Positions 37,395 to 40,642 of a DNA stretch of 40,642 nt are shown here, one piece after another. Numbering within the stretch: the stretch's first letter is position 1; the number at the start of each line of letters is the position of its first letter. The notes under the pieces are model-generated. The model was not told the origin of the DNA. It did no database searches and saw only the letters and a program-made list of their open reading frames with translations. The DNA is taken from NCBI GenBank assembly GCA_000934665.2, contig JYFJ02000883.1, positions 62,001 through 102,642 of the forward strand, read 5' to 3'. Source of the stretch: Catajapyx aquilonaris. Taxonomy: Eukaryota. Made by a program: the position numbers and the translations under genes.

Positions 37395-38501
37395 CTACAA
37401 ATGCTTCCCGAAATAGATGGCGATGTAATTAAGCAAACGTCTTGGAAGGGCAAAGAGAGGCATGCCGTAAATGTATAATAGTACCTTTGCCAGGTGAAAT
37501 TGAAACTTTGCGTTCAAACTGACGGATTTGTAGAAGGAAGGAGTCTCATATCCAAGTGAGTAGAACGCCAATAGACACATGGCATTGTTGCTTAGAAAGA
37601 ATCCCACCAGCAGTGGAATCAATAATTGAGCAAGACTGGCCACCTGCACCCGGAAGACATACTCATCTTCTTTCGACAAGTTCTTAGAGGCAGGGATGAG
37701 CATGGTTCGAGAGAGGAGAGAACATTGTGCTCTAAATTCGTCCAACGGAAGAGCGAAACAATTGAATCGGTCATTTACTCCAGAATAATAGCAGATGACT
37801 CTAACTACATGCAAGAGATCTTCGAGGTCTCTTCGTGTTGCGCATTGCAGCCCTACTCTTTCTGGATACATGACAACAGGAAACATCGCCTGAAAGAATG
37901 TCACAAGAGCTTCATACTGGCTGAACAGAGGTATTTCCTCTCCGTCATGATAAAACCGGTTCCCAATTTCTTCATATACCTCGTTTGCAATGGGTTGGAA
38001 ATCTTCTCTGATGTGTCTCCACGCAGTGCACTGTTGGTACAGCTCCTTCTCCAGAGAAGTGTCTGGCTCCCTGGCAAGCACTTTCTCTCTGTTATTGTTG
38101 GCCACACTGGCCACTCTCTTGTGCACTCTTTGCATTCTGCCCATTCTGATTGCAGCTTCACTCTTCGGATCCCACAAATCCTCGCATGCTACACTTGCGG
38201 TCATTAGAAGGATTGTCGTCTGTCGTTTGGTAACTTTCTTAACGCTGTCGTAATTCCCGTTGTAGAGAATCAGCTTCACGGCGTTAGGAATCGTGTAGGA
38301 CAGCAGTGCGGAACCGAATAAGAAACTGGCAACCATTGAAGCGCCATAACTGTGGGCAACCCTGGCTCCTCTCTTGAACTTGTCCATGTCCAGCCAAGAT
38401 GGACAAGATCCGTCCAGAGAAGGCGGTTCCTCCAGAGGTGTGGACGCAGCCAAGGCCCATTCAGAGATCATCTTTTCTTCCTCTGTCTTGCTTGCCTGCA
38501 T
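37395..38501 (-). CDS. ER-bound oxygenase MpaB/MpaB'/rubber-oxygenase (DUF2236/Lcp-like) domain protein, 368 aa
   Basis: Uninterrupted ORF. ATG at 38501 lies just after an acceptor (CAG 38511-38509); possible upstream non-coding exon with donor at 39321. Motifs PSWLDMDKFKRG, RVH (putative heme His), FSQYE, DLEDLLHVVRVICYYSGVNDRFN match the arthropod family pattern PxWxDxxKFxRG...H...SQxD...HxWRVIGYxLGIxDxFN as I recall it. Confidence 0.75.
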   Translation of the reverse strand: MQASKTEEEKMISEWALAASTPLEEPPSLDGSCPSWLDMDKFKRGARVAHSYGASMVASFLFGSALLSYTIPNAVKLILYNGNYDSVKKVTKRQTTILLMTASVACEDLWDPKSEAAIRMGRMQRVHKRVASVANNNREKVLAREPDTSLEKELYQQCTAWRHIREDFQPIANEVYEEIGNRFYHDGEEIPLFSQYEALVTFFQAMFPVVMYPERVGLQCATRRDLEDLLHVVRVICYYSGVNDRFNCFALPLDEFRAQCSLLSRTMLIPASKNLSKEDEYVFRVQVASLAQLLIPLLVGFFLSNNAMCLLAFYSLGYETPSFYKSVSLNAKFQFHLAKVLLYIYGMPLFALPRRLLNYIAIYFGKHL

Positions 38502-38694
38502 TTTTTTGCTGTAGGTATACAAAACAATACTATTATAAATCGAGATAAATGAAAAAATTAAGGCTGGAATTCAAAAGAAGCAGAGTTAGTTATATCAAAT
38601 TAGGAAGGAAAAAAAGTAAAAAAAGTAACATTGTTTCAACATCCTATATCTGATTCCAGTTACACTAGTGACTAGTCGCTTCTTTTGTTAGACC

Positions 38695-39010
38695 TTTTCT
38701 CATCACCAAAAAAAATCTAATAGAACCGCTGTCTGTCCGTCCGTCCGTCCGTCCGTCCGTCTGTGGACAGGTATCAGGGCCTAAACCGAAAGAGATAGCG
38801 GCAAACGGTTTACATATTAGTATTAAGCTCCACATAAATAGCTATCATCGTCAACTCGGGGTTGGGGCCGGCCCCGGGGCCACTTGGGATGTGTGTTGTG
38901 CCAGGTCGGATTTTCCCCCGTGCCCTGAGACGCACATTGTGGTCTCTAAGGATTTTCGCCGCCTGCCACAAATCACACTGCGTAGTGAAGACCTCATGTA
39001 ACATTCATTT
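38695..39010 (+). mobile_element. Possible DINE-1/Helentron-like non-autonomous element
   Basis: (GTCC/GTCT)n tract at 38729-38764 shortly after a TTTT start, followed by a GC-rich body. Boundaries uncertain. Confidence 0.45.
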
Positions 39011-39999
39011 TCATGCAACGCGATAGATTTTCTAAAGGAGTTGCCGGCCCCGGCCTACAACCCTGTAAAGGTATAGCCCCACATTATGACTCTTTGTTTT
39101 ACGATCATGTTTTGTTGAAACCTAACCCTGTCAAGTACCGATACCGTACCAATACCATCCCTGAGACCCCTCTAGATGTTGTGGGTACCGTACCGTCACC
39201 AAGATTAGAACTGTCCGCAGAGAAGAAAACGACGGACCAACGACGGACCTCTCCACCAAACAGGCGAACGATTAGACTAACATCTCTGCCTCCACTACTC
39301 TTATTTATATAAAATACTTACGAAACGTAACCTTCTGCAAGGGTACAACTTACAATTCGTGTTACGCATCGCATGAATCTTGCCGGTTATAAATTATATT
39401 CTCTAGGTTCGCGTTACAGAAAAAAGAGGTTGTGAAATGTAATATATTATAGGGTGGTTCCATTTCAGTTCAGCCAGTGAGTGAAAAAAGGTGTCAGGTC
39501 ATAGTCATCGATTTTTTTGAAAAATATATATGTGAAACCCACATCGAATTGAACTCTTATGGAGCAATCAGTTTTACCAGATTAAATTTAGTTATCGAGT
39601 TATTAATATTTATTTGAAGGGGTACCAAAATCACAATCACGCGAAGACGCACTTTTTCCCGCTTTTTCCATTGCTTTCAATGAGGATATCTCGGGAACTG
39701 TTCAGAGAACCAACATGAAATTTTTAACTCATGCTTTTGGAATGACACGCTGTTATGTCATGCATAAATTTACCTCATTTAATGGTACAGTCACCTGCAA
39801 AAAAATCTCCAACATTGCATATTTTGGTCAAAATTTGCATATTTCGCAATTTATTACGGCGTTATGGTAAACGTGACGGTTATGCCGATTATATTTTGTG
39901 ATATACTCGGTGACCCCCTCCAGGCTATGAAATAAAATCTTCGTTAGCTCCGCGTGTAGTTGAGATATGCGAGGTGAAAATATGGCAACAAGCGAAAAC

Positions 40000-40642
40000 A
40001 TGCATATTTTAAAAATAATTTTCTCAAAAAAGCCATTTTTTAAAATTTATTTTTATTTTTTATTTTACAAGGAAAGGCATGGTATAAAATTACCTGGTGT
40101 CAAAACCCCGCATATGTTTTTTATACGTGAGATACAAATTTTTGAAAAGTCACAACTTTTGTAATTGTGCTACAAAATGCACAATTCAAATAAATATTTT
40201 CTCGAAGAAGCCATTTTAAATATTTTATTTTTATTTTTTATTTTATAAGGTCGGACATGTTATAAAATTAAGTAGTGTCAAAACCCGGTATATATTTCTT
40301 ATACGTGAGATATAAATTTTTGTAAAGTAACAACATTTGAAATTGGGCTACAATATGCACACTTAAAATAAATATTTTCTCGAAGAAGCCATTTTGAAAA
40401 TTTAATCGTTATTTTTTGTATAACAAAGTAGCATGAGTTCGATTATAAAATTATATCAAAATTCGGTATATATTTGTATTCAGTGAGACACGATTTTTTT
40501 TTTTACAGTGATGATTTTTGTTTCTATGCAACAACATGCGCATTTCAAAAATTAATATATGGAAAACGCCATTTTAAATATGCAATATTCTTTTATATTT
40601 CATAAAGGAAAGACCGGTTCTGTCATAAAATAATATAAAAAC
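40000..40642. repeat. Diverged ~179-bp tandem repeat (about 3.5 copies), possibly inside a DNA-transposon relic starting ~39452
   Basis: CTC(A/G)AA(A/G)AAGCCATTTT recurs at ~40023, 40201, 40379 and (degenerate) 40561; GTCAAAACCC and GTGAGA motifs recur in register. Confidence 0.8.

Noticed and set aside
37626..38253. Plus-strand ORFs of 193 and 87 aa
   Set aside because: Antisense shadows of the oxygenase CDS.

Overview
Eukaryotic, probably arthropod, genomic DNA with short spliceosomal introns. The GC-rich left end holds an M14A carboxypeptidase (+, 5'-truncated). It appears nested in an intron of a minus-strand coiled-coil gene (CEP162-like), which lies head-to-head with ING3 (+, 3837-7378). 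From about 9 to 33 kb there is a tandem array of acyl-CoA (Delta9-type) desaturase genes. Four copies look intact (A, B1, B2, C), one is a chimeric C/A copy disabled by a 4-bp insertion, and one is a last-exon relic. To the right lie an ELOVL elongase pseudogene (-) and a single-coding-exon MpaB/Lcp-like (DUF2236-type) oxygenase gene (-). Together these may form a lipid-modification cluster. Interspersed are two copies of a tRNA-derived SINE, several MITEs, micro- and minisatellites, and a ~179-bp tandem repeat at the right end. All exon coordinates were derived by hand from GT/AG phase compatibility and protein homology recalled from memory; no database searches were run.
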